Shown: positions 11,207 through 21,311, counted from the stretch's first letter. The stretch: 64,000 bases of DNA from an uncultured Actinomycetota bacterium (GCA_963718235.1 CAVQYR010000001.1:1408001-1472000); one strand, 5' to 3'. Notes: generated by a model not told the origin, from the letters alone. Program-made: numbers and translations.

Positions 11207-11688
11207 GACCGGGCCTCACCGAGCAGGGTGTCGAACCGGTCCGGGTCGACCCGCCCGTGCAGGCGACCGTCGACCATCACGGCCGGGGCGAGGGCGCAGT
11301 TGCCGAGGCAGAACACCTGGTTCAGGGTCACGCTGCCGTCGTCGGTGGTCTCGCCCACCCCGATTCCGAGCTGGGTCGTGGCGTGGTCCACGAGGGCGCG
11401 GGCGCCGCGGCTCTGGCAGGCCTCGGCCCGACAGACCTGGACGTGGTGCCGACCGGGTGGGGAGGTGTGCAGGTCGGTGTAGAAGGTCAGGACGCCGTGC
11501 ACCTCGGCCCGGGACACATTCAGGACGTCGGCGATGACCGGCAGGGCGAGGGAGTCGACGTAGCCGAACTCGGCCTGGACGGCCTGCAGGGCGAGCAGCA
11601 CCGGACCGGGCTGATCAGCCACGGCTCCAACCACGCCACGGACGGCGTGCTCGGAGATCGGGTTGGCCGCAACGGCCCCGGTCGACAC
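11203..11688 (-). CDS. fdsG: Formate dehydrogenase gamma subunit (NuoE-like 2Fe-2S, FdsG)
   Basis: SRAEVHGVLTFY, CRAEAC, CLGNC; GTG start 6 nt after a TATCAT -10 box. Confidence 0.9.
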   Translation of the reverse strand: MSTGAVAANPISEHAVRGVVGAVADQPGPVLLALQAVQAEFGYVDSLALPVIADVLNVSRAEVHGVLTFYTDLHTSPPGRHHVQVCRAEACQSRGARALVDHATTQLGIGVGETTDDGSVTLNQVFCLGNCALAPAVMVDGRLHGRVDPDRFDTLLGEARS

Positions 11689-11802
11689 CCCTCGATGATA
11701 GGTCGGCATCAAGAGAAATCGGCACCATGTGGTACGGCTGTTCCACATGGTGGACCGCGGCCTGCCCTCGGGAGGGCTCCTGCGGTCGGGCAGGATGGTG
11801 CC

Positions 11803-13605
11803 GTGGCGCCGCGCAACGTGATCAACGTCCAGGGCGCCCACAAGTCCTACGGGCGGCACCCGTTGCTGGACGACGTCTCACTCGGGGTCGCCGAAGGGGA
11901 GCGGATCGGCGTCGTCGGCCGCAACGGTGGCGGCAAGAGCACGCTGCTGCGCGTGCTGGCCGGGGCAGAGTCCCCGGACGCGGGACGGGTGACCCATACG
12001 GGCAGCCTCGCGCTCGGCATGCTCGCCCAGGCGGAGCTGATCGACCCGGCATCCACCGTTCGCTCGTTCGTCGTCGCCGACCGGGACGAGCACGAGTGGG
12101 CGTCGCAGCCACGGACGCGCGAGGTGCTCACCGCGCTGCTCGGTGGGTTCGACGACGCCGTGCTCGACCGACCCATGGGACCGCTGTCGGGGGGCGAACG
12201 GCGTCGGGTCGAGCTGTCCACCCTGCTGCTGCGTGACCTCGACGTGCTGCTGCTCGACGAGCCCACGAACCACCTCGACGTGGAGGCGGTGGCCTGGCTG
12301 GCGGCCCACCTGCGGGGTCGGAGGGGCCTGGCATTGGTGGTGGTCACCCACGACCGGTGGTTCCTGGACGAGGTGAGCGACCGGACGTGGGAGCTGGTCG
12401 AGGGTCGGGTCGAGCAGTACGACGGCGGGTACTCCGCGTTCGTGCTGGCCAAGGCCGAACGGGCGCGTCAGGCAGCCTCGTCGGAACAGCGGCGCAGCAA
12501 CCTGCTGCGCAAGGAGCTCGCCTGGCTGCGCCGCGGCCCGCCCGCACGGACGTCGAAGCCGAAGTTCCGGATCGATGCCGCCAACGAGCTGATCGCCGCC
12601 GAACCGCCCGCACGCAACGACGTCGAGCTCCTGGCGTTCGCCGGGGCCCGGCTGGGCAAGAAGGTGGTCGAGCTGCACGACGTGTCCCTGGTGCTGGGCG
12701 ACCGGGTGCTGTTCGACCGGGTGACCTGGAACATCGGGCCCGGGGACCGGGTCGGCATCGTCGGCGCGAACGGGGCGGGCAAGACCTCGCTCGTCCGGAT
12801 GCTCCTCGGCCGGCTGCGTCCCACTGCCGGGCGGGTCGTCACCGGCAGCACGGTGAGACCGGCGTACCTGTCCCAGCACCTGGAGGAGCTCGACCAGACG
12901 TGGCGGGTGCTGGAGGCCGTGCAGCACGTCGCGCACCAGGTCGAGATCGGGGGCGGGCGCGAGCTGTCGGCGTCCCAGCTGTGCGAGCGGCTCGGATTCG
13001 CCCCGGACCGTCAGCGCACGCCCGTCGCCGACCTCTCGGGCGGCGAGCGGCGCCGGCTGCAGCTGACTCGGCTGCTCATGGGTGGACCCAACGTCCTCGT
13101 GCTGGACGAACCCACCAACGACTTCGACGTCGAGACGCTCACCGCGCTGGAGGACCTGCTCGACTCCTTCGCCGGGACCCTGCTGGTCATCTCGCACGAC
13201 CGCTACTTCGTCGAGCGGGTCTGCAACACCTTCGTCGGCCTGCTGGGCGACGAACGGCTGCGGGACCTTCCGGGAGGCATCGACCAGTACCTGCGGCTGA
13301 GGGCAGCAGAGGGCGCGTCGGCATCAGGTGTCGCTGGAGCGTCCGCTGGTCACAGCAACCTGCTGGTGCAGCCTTCGGTTGCGCCGTCGGCCGCGCAGCA
13401 GCGGGCGGCGAAGAAGGACCTGGCCCGCCTGGAGCGGCTGATCGCACGGACCGAGGCGGAGGAGGCCAGGCTGCACGCGGCGTTCGACGAGCATGCCACC
13501 GACCACATGAAGGTCGCGGCGCTCAAGGCGCAGCTGGACGACGTGCTGGAGCAGCGTCGCGAGGCCGAGGAAGCCTGGCTGCACGCCGCCGAGACCGCCG
13601 ACTGA
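11803..13605 (+). CDS. ABC-F family ATPase (Uup-like)
   Basis: Two ABC domains (GRNGGGKS, LSGGE, LDEPTN; GANGAGKT, LSGGE, LDEPTN), no transmembrane segment, C-terminal coiled coil. Confidence 0.92.
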   Translation: MAPRNVINVQGAHKSYGRHPLLDDVSLGVAEGERIGVVGRNGGGKSTLLRVLAGAESPDAGRVTHTGSLALGMLAQAELIDPASTVRSFVVADRDEHEWASQPRTREVLTALLGGFDDAVLDRPMGPLSGGERRRVELSTLLLRDLDVLLLDEPTNHLDVEAVAWLAAHLRGRRGLALVVVTHDRWFLDEVSDRTWELVEGRVEQYDGGYSAFVLAKAERARQAASSEQRRSNLLRKELAWLRRGPPARTSKPKFRIDAANELIAAEPPARNDVELLAFAGARLGKKVVELHDVSLVLGDRVLFDRVTWNIGPGDRVGIVGANGAGKTSLVRMLLGRLRPTAGRVVTGSTVRPAYLSQHLEELDQTWRVLEAVQHVAHQVEIGGGRELSASQLCERLGFAPDRQRTPVADLSGGERRRLQLTRLLMGGPNVLVLDEPTNDFDVETLTALEDLLDSFAGTLLVISHDRYFVERVCNTFVGLLGDERLRDLPGGIDQYLRLRAAEGASASGVAGASAGHSNLLVQPSVAPSAAQQRAAKKDLARLERLIARTEAEEARLHAAFDEHATDHMKVAALKAQLDDVLEQRREAEEAWLHAAETAD

Positions 13606-13662
13606 CTGGTCCTGTGGAGCATTCACCGCGCTCAGGGCGGCGAACGCACCACGAGGTGCGGG

Positions 13663-13956
13663 TCAGGAGGTCAGCGCGTCCAGGAAGGTGGTGATCCGGT
13701 CGTCGGTCCACTCGTCCTCCAGAGAAGCCGCCACCACTCCCGCGAGCTCGGCGTGGTCACCTTCGCCAACAGTCCAGGGGGTCCGGGTCCAGCCGTCGAG
13801 GTAGGCATCCGACGACGTCTCGCCCAACCGCATGGCGGCTTCGTCGATCGCTTCCTGGAATCGCGCTGCCAGCTGGATCTTGGTGACGTCGTCACCGTCA
13901 CGTGCCACCACCATCGAGGGCAGCTCACGCCATGAGGTGACCTGGTACTCCGCCAT
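13663..13956 (-). CDS. Small 'Virulence factor' (Virulence_fact/CvfC-like) domain protein
   Basis: YQVTSWRELPSMV...RFQEAIDEAAM...DAYLDGW pattern recalled for this family; TAGGGT -10 box 7 nt upstream. Confidence 0.7.
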   Translation of the reverse strand: MAEYQVTSWRELPSMVVARDGDDVTKIQLAARFQEAIDEAAMRLGETSSDAYLDGWTRTPWTVGEGDHAELAGVVAASLEDEWTDDRITTFLDALTS

Positions 13957-14095
13957 GGCGGTCACCCTACGACCTCCGCCGACTCGGGGCGCAGGAAGCG
14001 GCATGCAGCCAGCGGTGGCGCTCCGCGGAAGGCACTTCGGCACTTCTGGGTGAGTGCGCACGGTGCTGTACTGAAGGTGACGAAAGGGGTGCGTC

Positions 14096-14713
14096 ATGCG
14101 CAAGAACCTGCAGATCGTCGCACTCTCGCTGATGGGCGCCCTCGGGCTGTTCATCGGCTTGTTCATCATCGGAGAGACCATGAGCGACCCCGGTGGCTGG
14201 CGGGGGATCGGGCTGGTCGCGCTCTGGCTGGTGCCGCTGCTGGCCGCCGTCGCGCTGGCCTGGCTGCGGCCGGACTGGGCCAAGTGGTTGCTGGCTGTCC
14301 TCACGGTCGGCGTCACCGGACTGCTGCTGTGGTCGGTGGTCGCGCCGCAGCCGTGGAGCGACTTCGAGAACCGCAACGGGCCGATCCTGGCCATCGCCGT
14401 GTTCGCCCTCGCGATCCCGCTGACCGTGCTCGGCTGGCGACAGCCGCTGCCGGCCGGTTCGATGCTGCTGGTGCTGGGACTGACGCCGGTCGTCGGCCTG
14501 CTGTTCCTCGCGGCCACCGGCGGCGTGCACGGCGACGGTGCCGGCATTCCGCCGCAAGCGGGTCTCGTGGTCCTCAGCGTCCCCCTCGTCCTGGTGGGCG
14601 CGCTGCTGCTGATCGCCGGTCTGAGTGACCGTGGTGCGGCGCCTCTGCCCCCGGCGACTCCGCCGACCGCCCGGCTCGGGGGCTCGGCTACCGGACTGCC
14701 GAAGCTGGTCTGA
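14096..14713 (+). CDS. Hypothetical integral membrane protein (about 6 TM)
   Basis: Multiple hydrophobic helices; AGGGG RBS upstream. Confidence 0.75.
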   Translation: MRKNLQIVALSLMGALGLFIGLFIIGETMSDPGGWRGIGLVALWLVPLLAAVALAWLRPDWAKWLLAVLTVGVTGLLLWSVVAPQPWSDFENRNGPILAIAVFALAIPLTVLGWRQPLPAGSMLLVLGLTPVVGLLFLAATGGVHGDGAGIPPQAGLVVLSVPLVLVGALLLIAGLSDRGAAPLPPATPPTARLGGSATGLPKLV

Positions 14714-14768
14714 CGCGCAGCCACCGTTTGGTCGTGAGCGGTTGTCCAACGCCCTAGCCTGCATGCCC

Positions 14769-15947
14769 ATGGCCGACCGTGACCTGCTCCCGAGGAATGC
14801 CTCGGTGGTCGTGGTCGGCGGTGGGGTGATGGGCACGAGCATCGCCTTCCACCTGGCGGAGTCGGGCGTGTCCGACGTGGTGCTCCTGGAACGCAACGCC
14901 CTGGGCTCGGGTTCGACCTCGAAGGCTGCCGGGGGAGTGCGGGCTCAGTTCTCCGATGCAGTCAACATCGCTCTGGGGGCCCGCAGCCTGGATGCGTTCG
15001 AGCAGTTCGGTCGACGCCCTGGACAAGACATCGACCTGCGTCAGGTCGGATACCTGTTCCTGCTCACGAAACCGGACGACGTGGTGGCGTTCGAGGCGTC
15101 AGTGGCCCTGCAGAACGAGCTCGGTGTGCGCAGCCGGATCGTCGACCCGGCTGAGGTCGCCGCGCAGGTCCCGGTCGCCCGCACCGACGACGTCCTGGCA
15201 GCAGCGTTCCACCCGCGCGACGGTGTGTGCTCCCCGGAGTCGGTCGTGCTCGGGTACGCGTCGGCGGCGCGGCGGCTGGGGGTGTCCATCCGCACCGGAG
15301 TGACGGTGGAGGCGGTCGAGACCTCGGGGTCGGACGTCAGTGCCGTGCTGACCTCGGCCGGTCGGATTCGGACCGAGGCTGTCGTGTGCGCCGCTGGTGC
15401 GTGGTCGCAGGCTCTGGCCGCGACGGCGGGGGTCGACCTTCCGGTCTCACCGCTGCGCCGGCAGATCCTGGTCACCGAGCCCCTCGACGCCGACCTGGCA
15501 GCACTCGTGCCGGACACCACGCCGATGACCGTCGACGCGTCCTCGACCTTCTACCTGCACCGTGAGGGCGACGGCGTGCTGCTGGGCATGTCGTACGCCG
15601 GAGAGACCGCCGGCTTCCGACTCGATCGTGACGACGCGTGGCTGCCCGATCTCACCGCCGCGATCGAACGTCGGGCGCCTCGCCTGCTGGACGTCGGGAT
15701 CGCCCATGGGTGGGCCGGGCTGTACGAGGTGACGCCGGACCACAATGCCCTGATCGGCCGGGACGGTCGACTGTCCGGCTTCTTCTACGCCACGGGTTTC
15801 TCCGGCCACGGGTTCCTGCAAGGCCCAGCAGTGGGCGAGGTCGTGCGCGACCTGTACCTGGGGCGCCCGCCGTTCGTCGACGTCTCCGGTCTGTCGGCAA
15901 AGAGGTTCGCCGACGGCACGCTGCGCCCTGAGCGCAACATCGTGTGA
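14769..15947 (+). CDS. FAD-dependent oxidoreductase, DAO/sarcosine oxidase beta-like
   Basis: VVVGGGVMG Rossmann motif, GSTSKAAGGVR, CAAGAWS, WAGLYEVTPD, GFSGHGF. Confidence 0.88.
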   Translation: MADRDLLPRNASVVVVGGGVMGTSIAFHLAESGVSDVVLLERNALGSGSTSKAAGGVRAQFSDAVNIALGARSLDAFEQFGRRPGQDIDLRQVGYLFLLTKPDDVVAFEASVALQNELGVRSRIVDPAEVAAQVPVARTDDVLAAAFHPRDGVCSPESVVLGYASAARRLGVSIRTGVTVEAVETSGSDVSAVLTSAGRIRTEAVVCAAGAWSQALAATAGVDLPVSPLRRQILVTEPLDADLAALVPDTTPMTVDASSTFYLHREGDGVLLGMSYAGETAGFRLDRDDAWLPDLTAAIERRAPRLLDVGIAHGWAGLYEVTPDHNALIGRDGRLSGFFYATGFSGHGFLQGPAVGEVVRDLYLGRPPFVDVSGLSAKRFADGTLRPERNIV

Positions 15948-15960
15948 CTCGGCGTCCGTG

Positions 15961-16272
15961 CTACGAGCGCCGGGCCGTCCCCTTGCCACCGGACACGGTG
16001 AACTCGGTGCGCCCGACCAAGCCAGAGATCAAGGGTCGGGCCCGCTGGATCACGACCCGGACGTCGTCGGGGTCGAGCGATGCTGCGTGGGCCTCCCGGT
16101 CGGTCCAGATCTCGCTGACCCAGACGACATCAGGTTCGTCCGACGTGCCGACGGCGTAGACGAGGCAGTCGAGGTTGCCCCCGAGCAACGAGGCGGCCTC
16201 CAGCAGGAGGCTCTCGAGCTGGTCGCGCTGCCCGGGCTGGACCCGGAATCCGCCAAACAGTCCATAGGTCAT
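15961..16272 (-). CDS. Antibiotic biosynthesis monooxygenase (ABM)/putative quinol monooxygenase
   Basis: 103 aa; PGQRD, CLVYAV, VWVSEIW..REAHAASL; leaderless TAGCCT-N6-ATG. Confidence 0.82.
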   Translation of the reverse strand: MTYGLFGGFRVQPGQRDQLESLLLEAASLLGGNLDCLVYAVGTSDEPDVVWVSEIWTDREAHAASLDPDDVRVVIQRARPLISGLVGRTEFTVSGGKGTARRS

Positions 16273-16347
16273 GGGACCAGGCTAGGTGGACGGTCTGACG
16301 ATTCCCCAGGAAGACGCTGGTGCGGGGCCCTGTGGCAGGGTGACGGC

Positions 16348-18156
16348 GTGACTGAACACATCCCCCGATGGGAGCAGCGGGTCCGGGCGCCGTCCTTGAT
16401 GTCGTTCAGCCTGCTCGGCCCTCCCGCCTCGTGGGCGGGTCGCCGGGCCGACCGTGGCGTGGTGCTGGCCAACCCCAGCGGGCGCACCGAGGTGTACGCC
16501 TTCGACGCGTCCGCCTCACCGGCGACGCTGACCCAGGTCACCGACCGCCCGCAGGGCACGGTCGGTGCGTCCGTCGCGCCGGACTCCTCGGCGGTGTTCT
16601 GGTTCGACGACGCCGCCGGAGACGAGGTCGGCCGCTGGCAGCGGAGCTCGCTCGACGGTCAGGACGTCGGACCGCCGGTCGCGCTGCTCCCCGGCCTGGC
16701 GCCGTCGTACAGCTGCGGCATCGTCCCCTTGGACGACGGTGGCGCCGTGATCGGACGGTTGGTCGACGACGGGTTCGAGCTGGCCGTCGCCGACTCCACC
16801 GGCGCGGGCCAGGTCAGGTACCGGTCCGATGACCAGGCCGACCTGTGCGACGCGACCAGTGACGGCACGCACGCGCTCATCGCGTTCGCACCTGGTGGCG
16901 ACTGGCTGCACCTCGGGGTTCGGGTGGTGCGGCTGTCCGACGGTGCGGTGGTGGCCGAGCTGGTGGACCAGGGACGCCACCTCGGCCCGGTCGCCTTCCA
17001 CCCCTCGGACCCGGGCCAGGTGCTCGTCGTCCACGAGCCCGATGACCGGGCCGTACCCATGGTGTGGAGCACCCAGACCGGTGCGCGCGACGACGTCGTG
17101 ACCGGGCTCGACGGTGACGTGAGCGCCGACTGGTACCCCGACGGCGAGGCGCTGCTGCTCACGGTGCTGAAGGACGCCCGCCAGCAGCTCGTCCGGCTCG
17201 ACCTCAGCTCTGGTGAGCTGACGCCCATTGCCGGACCGTCGGGCGCCGTCTCGGCCGCATCCGCGCGGCCCGATGGATCGGTCCACGTCCTGGTCTCGCG
17301 GTCGGACCTGCCGGTCTCGCTCATCCGGGTGCACGGGGAAGACGTGACCCAGCTCATCGAGCTGCCCGGAGCCACACCGGCAGCCACGGTGGCAGCCGGC
17401 GACGTGTTCGCCGAAGGGCCGGGGGGTCGAGCACACGCCCTGGTCTACCTGCCGCCGGATCGCCCCGGCCCACACGCGACCGTGTTCGCAGTCCACGGTG
17501 GCCCGACCGGCCAGGACCTCGACGCGTGGAACGACACGGTGGCCGCGTACGTGGACCTCGGGTACGCCGTCGTGCGGGTCAACTACCGCGGGTCCACCGG
17601 GTACGGAGCCGCCTGGCGGGAGGCTCTCCACCGCAGGCTCGGGTTCATCGAGCTGGAGGACGTCACCGCGGTGCGCGAGCAGCTCGAGGCGGACGGGATC
17701 GTCGACCCCGAGCGGGTCTCGATCGCGGGCGGCTCGTGGGGCGGCTTCCTCACCTTGATGGCGCTGGGCACCCAGCCGACCCGGTGGCGTTCCGGTGCCG
17801 CGCTCGTCCCGCTGGCCGACCAGGTCACGTCTGCGGAGGACGCACCCTCGTTCATGAAGGCCTACGACGCGGCACTGATGGGCGGCACGATCGAGGAGAT
17901 CCCCGACGTCTACGCGGCCGCCTCCCCGATCACCTACGCCGACGCCGTGCAGGCGCCGGTGTTCGTGACCGCCGGTGAGAACGACCCCCGGTGCCCCGTG
18001 CGCCAGGTCGACACCTACGTGGCGGCCCTGCGGGCGCGCGGACGCGACGTCCGCTACGACCGGCTGGCCACCGGGCACGGCCTGCCCGACCTGGACATGA
18101 AGGTCACCGAGCTGCGCAAGATCCTGGACTTCCTGACCGAGACCAACCCTGCCTAG
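16348..18156 (+). CDS. S9 family (prolyl oligopeptidase/acylaminoacyl peptidase) serine peptidase
   Basis: N-terminal propeller; VHGGP, NYRGSTGYG, nucleophile GGSWGG, NDPRC Asp, TGHG His. Confidence 0.9.
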   Translation: MTEHIPRWEQRVRAPSLMSFSLLGPPASWAGRRADRGVVLANPSGRTEVYAFDASASPATLTQVTDRPQGTVGASVAPDSSAVFWFDDAAGDEVGRWQRSSLDGQDVGPPVALLPGLAPSYSCGIVPLDDGGAVIGRLVDDGFELAVADSTGAGQVRYRSDDQADLCDATSDGTHALIAFAPGGDWLHLGVRVVRLSDGAVVAELVDQGRHLGPVAFHPSDPGQVLVVHEPDDRAVPMVWSTQTGARDDVVTGLDGDVSADWYPDGEALLLTVLKDARQQLVRLDLSSGELTPIAGPSGAVSAASARPDGSVHVLVSRSDLPVSLIRVHGEDVTQLIELPGATPAATVAAGDVFAEGPGGRAHALVYLPPDRPGPHATVFAVHGGPTGQDLDAWNDTVAAYVDLGYAVVRVNYRGSTGYGAAWREALHRRLGFIELEDVTAVREQLEADGIVDPERVSIAGGSWGGFLTLMALGTQPTRWRSGAALVPLADQVTSAEDAPSFMKAYDAALMGGTIEEIPDVYAAASPITYADAVQAPVFVTAGENDPRCPVRQVDTYVAALRARGRDVRYDRLATGHGLPDLDMKVTELRKILDFLTETNPA

Positions 18157-18189
18157 CCTCGCGCCGAGAAGCGCCCGATTCGGGCCCGA

Positions 18190-19368
18190 TCAGCCGCGAA
18201 GTGGACCCGACGGTGCCTCGCGGGGTCGCAGTGAGCCATGGGTGGAGGCATCGAAGAAGTGGAGCTTCTCGGCTGCCACGGACAAGGTGAGCCGGTCTCC
18301 GACTCGCGGCCGGGCGTCCGGACCGAGCCTCGCCACGAAGCGGGCCTTCCCTGCGGTGAGCACGTCTTCTGGGACCTCCTCGTCGGTGGCCTCCAGGGCG
18401 GCGGCGACCGGTGCCGCGTCGACCGCGAAGAACACGTGGCTCTCGGTTCCCAGCGCCTCGACTGCGGAGAGGTCGACGGCCATGGTCGCGGCCCCGTGAT
18501 CGGCGACCGCCACGTCGAACCACTCGGGCCGGATGCCGATGATCACCCGTGAGCGCCCCTGCAGGGCCCGCTGCTGGACGTCGTTCAGCGGCAGGGTGAA
18601 CTGCCCGAACCGGAGGATCGTCTCCTCGACCACCGCTTCGACCACGTTCATGGACGGCGAGCCGATGAACGTCGCAACGAAGAGGTTGGCCGGCGCGCGG
18701 TAGAGCTGCTGGGGCTCGTCGACCTGCTGGACGGTGCCGCCCTCGAGCACGGCGACTCGCTGCCCCAACGTCATGGCCTCGACCTGGTCGTGCGTCACGT
18801 AGACCGTGGTGACACCTAGCCGGGCGTGCAGGTTGGTCAGCTCCCCGCGCATCGACACCCGCAGCTTCGCGTCCAGGTTGGAGAGAGGCTCGTCCATGAG
18901 GAACGCCGTGGGCTGCCGAACGATGGCCCGTCCCATGGCGACCCGCTGGCGCTGTCCTCCGGAGAGCTGGCCCGGTCTGCGGTCCATCAGCTCGCTGAGG
19001 CCAAGCATCGCCGCAGCGTCATCGACCCGCTGGGTCAGCTCGCCCTTGGGCATGTGTCGGACCCGCAGTGAGAACCCCAGGTTGTCGCGTACCGACATGT
19101 GCGGGTAGAGCGCGTAGTTCTGGAACACCATCGCCACGTCGCGGTCGCGTGGGGCAGCCCGGGTGATGTCGTGGTCCCCGACGATGATCCGGCCGGACGT
19201 GGTCTCCTCCAGTCCGGCGATCATCCGCAGCACCGTGGACTTGCCGCACCCCGAGGGCCCGACCAGGACCATGAACTCGCCGGACTCGATGGTCAGGTCG
19301 ATGCCGCGGACGGCGGCGGTGCCGTCGGGATAGACCTTCTCGATCGCGTCCAGGACGATCGACGACAT
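18190..19368 (-). CDS. Carbohydrate ABC transporter ATP-binding protein (MalK/MsiK/UgpC type)
   Basis: GPSGCGKS, VFQNYALYPHM, LSGGQRQR, DEPLSNLDAKLR, C-terminal TOBE domain. Confidence 0.94.
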   Translation of the reverse strand: MSSIVLDAIEKVYPDGTAAVRGIDLTIESGEFMVLVGPSGCGKSTVLRMIAGLEETTSGRIIVGDHDITRAAPRDRDVAMVFQNYALYPHMSVRDNLGFSLRVRHMPKGELTQRVDDAAAMLGLSELMDRRPGQLSGGQRQRVAMGRAIVRQPTAFLMDEPLSNLDAKLRVSMRGELTNLHARLGVTTVYVTHDQVEAMTLGQRVAVLEGGTVQQVDEPQQLYRAPANLFVATFIGSPSMNVVEAVVEETILRFGQFTLPLNDVQQRALQGRSRVIIGIRPEWFDVAVADHGAATMAVDLSAVEALGTESHVFFAVDAAPVAAALEATDEEVPEDVLTAGKARFVARLGPDARPRVGDRLTLSVAAEKLHFFDASTHGSLRPREAPSGPLRG

Positions 19369-19392
19369 GGTGACCTCATTTCCGGAGCGATC

Positions 19393-19479
19393 GTTTCAGT
19401 CAATCATGACCCGTGTTTCCGCTCGTTTCTAGCCTCAAGCTGGAAGTTCTTGACAGAGTCGGTCAGAAGCGAGCACGAT
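19393..19479. promoter_or_regulatory. Divergent promoter with probable DeoR operator repeats
   Basis: TTGACA 19450-19455 with CACGAT 19474-19479 (18-nt spacer, 8 nt before the ATG at 19488); GTTTC at 19393, 19415 and 19425; near-inverted repeat gctcgtttct/agaagcgagc. Confidence 0.6.
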
Positions 19480-19487
19480 CAAGCATC

Positions 19488-20273
19488 ATGGTTGGTCGAT
19501 CCTCGCTACGCGTCCACCGACTGGCGCAGATAGAGCAGATGTTGGCCGTCGGTGACCCGGTCACGGTTGGTGAGCTCACCGACCGGCTCGGCGTCAGCGA
19601 GGCCACCGTGCGGCGCGACCTGGACTCGCTGCAGGAGTCCGGGGTGGCCCAGCGCACCCATGGCGGCGCGGTCCCGGCGCCGGGCAGCTTCAAGGAGCGA
19701 CCGCTCCCGGAGCGCGGCAACGTGCAGGTCGCCCAGAAGCGCGCCATCGCCCATGAGGCGGTCACGATGGTCCGACCCGGCGACACGGTGTTCATCGGTG
19801 GCGGTTCGACCACGCTGCACCTGGCCCAGCGGCTGGGCGGTGTCGATGTGACCGTGGTGACCAACTCGCTGCCCGTCGCGAGTGAGCTGTCGAGGTGTGA
19901 CCGCATCGACGTCATCGTGATCGGTGGCAACCTGCGCACACCCGAGCTGTCCATGATTGGTCCGCGAGCTGTCGAGGCCATTCGTTCCTACCGCGCGGGT
20001 ATCGCGTTCCTTGGCGTGCCGGCGCTGGACGGTGAGCACGGGTTCACAGCCGACGGTGACGCCGAGGCAGCCACGGATGCGGCGTTCATCTCCATGGCGC
20101 GCCGCACGGTGGTGCTGGCCGATCACACCAAGCTGGGTGAGGTGAGCACGACGCACGTCGTCCCGCTCTCGTCGATCGACACGGTGATCACCGACGACGG
20201 GGCTGCTGCCGACGTACTGGCGGACCTGCGGGAGTCAGGGACCCAGGTCGTAGTTGCGGAGGTGTCGCGATGA
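19488..20273 (+). CDS. DeoR/GlpR-family transcriptional regulator (AgaR-like)
   Basis: VSEATVRRDL HTH, RTHGGA, GGGSTT, VVTNS, LADHTK. Confidence 0.93.
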   Translation: MVGRSSLRVHRLAQIEQMLAVGDPVTVGELTDRLGVSEATVRRDLDSLQESGVAQRTHGGAVPAPGSFKERPLPERGNVQVAQKRAIAHEAVTMVRPGDTVFIGGGSTTLHLAQRLGGVDVTVVTNSLPVASELSRCDRIDVIVIGGNLRTPELSMIGPRAVEAIRSYRAGIAFLGVPALDGEHGFTADGDAEAATDAAFISMARRTVVLADHTKLGEVSTTHVVPLSSIDTVITDDGAAADVLADLRESGTQVVVAEVSR

Positions 20274-21298
20274 CCGGTCCGAGCCATACCGAGCGCGAGA
20301 TCATGTCACAACCTGAGGTCTGGAGCGACACACTCGCGTCCTGCGAGACATCCAGACTACGAGAGGGCTTCGACAGCTCTCCGCGCGACGTCGTCGTCAC
20401 CGGGTGCGGGTCGACCCACTACCTCGCACTCACCGTTGCCTCTCTTCTCCGCGACGCGGGGGTCCGGGCCTGGGCCGCTCCTGCGTCGGAGCTGCTCCCC
20501 GGTGCGCAGACGCAGGTTCTCGACCCAAGTCGCACGCTCATGCTGGCCTTCTCGCGGTCCGGGACCACCACGGAGACGGTCCTCGCCGTCGAGCACTTCC
20601 GGCGCAGGGGCGGCCTGAAGGTGGTCGCTGTGACCTGCCACCCCGAGTCGGCACTCGGCCAAGCCGCCGACGTCACCTGGCAGGCAGAGTCCGCCACCGA
20701 GCAGAGTGTGGCGCAGACCCGCTCGTTCTCATCGATGCTCCTGCTCGGGCAAGCGATCGCGGCAGCCGTCGGCGGGCATGACGCGTCCGCGCTGCAGGAC
20801 CTACCAGGACACGCGGCTCGGCTTCTCGACCTTGCGCGGGCGCCTATGGCCCACATTGCCCGCGACCCGGGGTACACGAGCTTCTTCTTCCTGGCGTCGG
20901 ATCCGCTCTTCGGCGTCGCGTCCGAGGGGATGCTCAAGCTCAAGGAGATGTCCCTGACGGCCAGCGAGGCCTACCACACGATGGAGTTCCGGCATGGCCC
21001 CATGTCCATGTGCAGCCCGGACGTCGTCGTGCTCGGACTGGTGTCTGCCGAGCGTGCGGCTCGCGAGCTGGCCGTCCTGGACGACATCTCGCCGATGTCC
21101 GGGCGCGTCGTGAAGATCGGCGACCGGCTCGAGCACCACATCCCGTCGTCCCTGCCGATCTGGTCACGGCCGGTGCTCCACCTGCTCCCGCTGCAGCTGC
21201 TCGCCCTCGAGCGTGCGCTGGGCAAGGGGCTCGACCCAGACAGCCCACGCCACCTGACCGCAGTCATTCACCTGGACGTCTCAGCCGAGACGGTCTGA
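20270..21298 (+). CDS. Two-SIS-domain sugar-phosphate isomerase/deaminase (AgaS/GlmS C-terminal-like)
   Basis: EIMSQP, TGCGST, SRSGTTTET, EGMLKLKE, EFRHGP, GLDPDSPRHL. Confidence 0.88.
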   Translation: MTGPSHTEREIMSQPEVWSDTLASCETSRLREGFDSSPRDVVVTGCGSTHYLALTVASLLRDAGVRAWAAPASELLPGAQTQVLDPSRTLMLAFSRSGTTTETVLAVEHFRRRGGLKVVAVTCHPESALGQAADVTWQAESATEQSVAQTRSFSSMLLLGQAIAAAVGGHDASALQDLPGHAARLLDLARAPMAHIARDPGYTSFFFLASDPLFGVASEGMLKLKEMSLTASEAYHTMEFRHGPMSMCSPDVVVLGLVSAERAARELAVLDDISPMSGRVVKIGDRLEHHIPSSLPIWSRPVLHLLPLQLLALERALGKGLDPDSPRHLTAVIHLDVSAETV

Positions 21299-21311
21299 CG
21301 AGGAGGAACCG

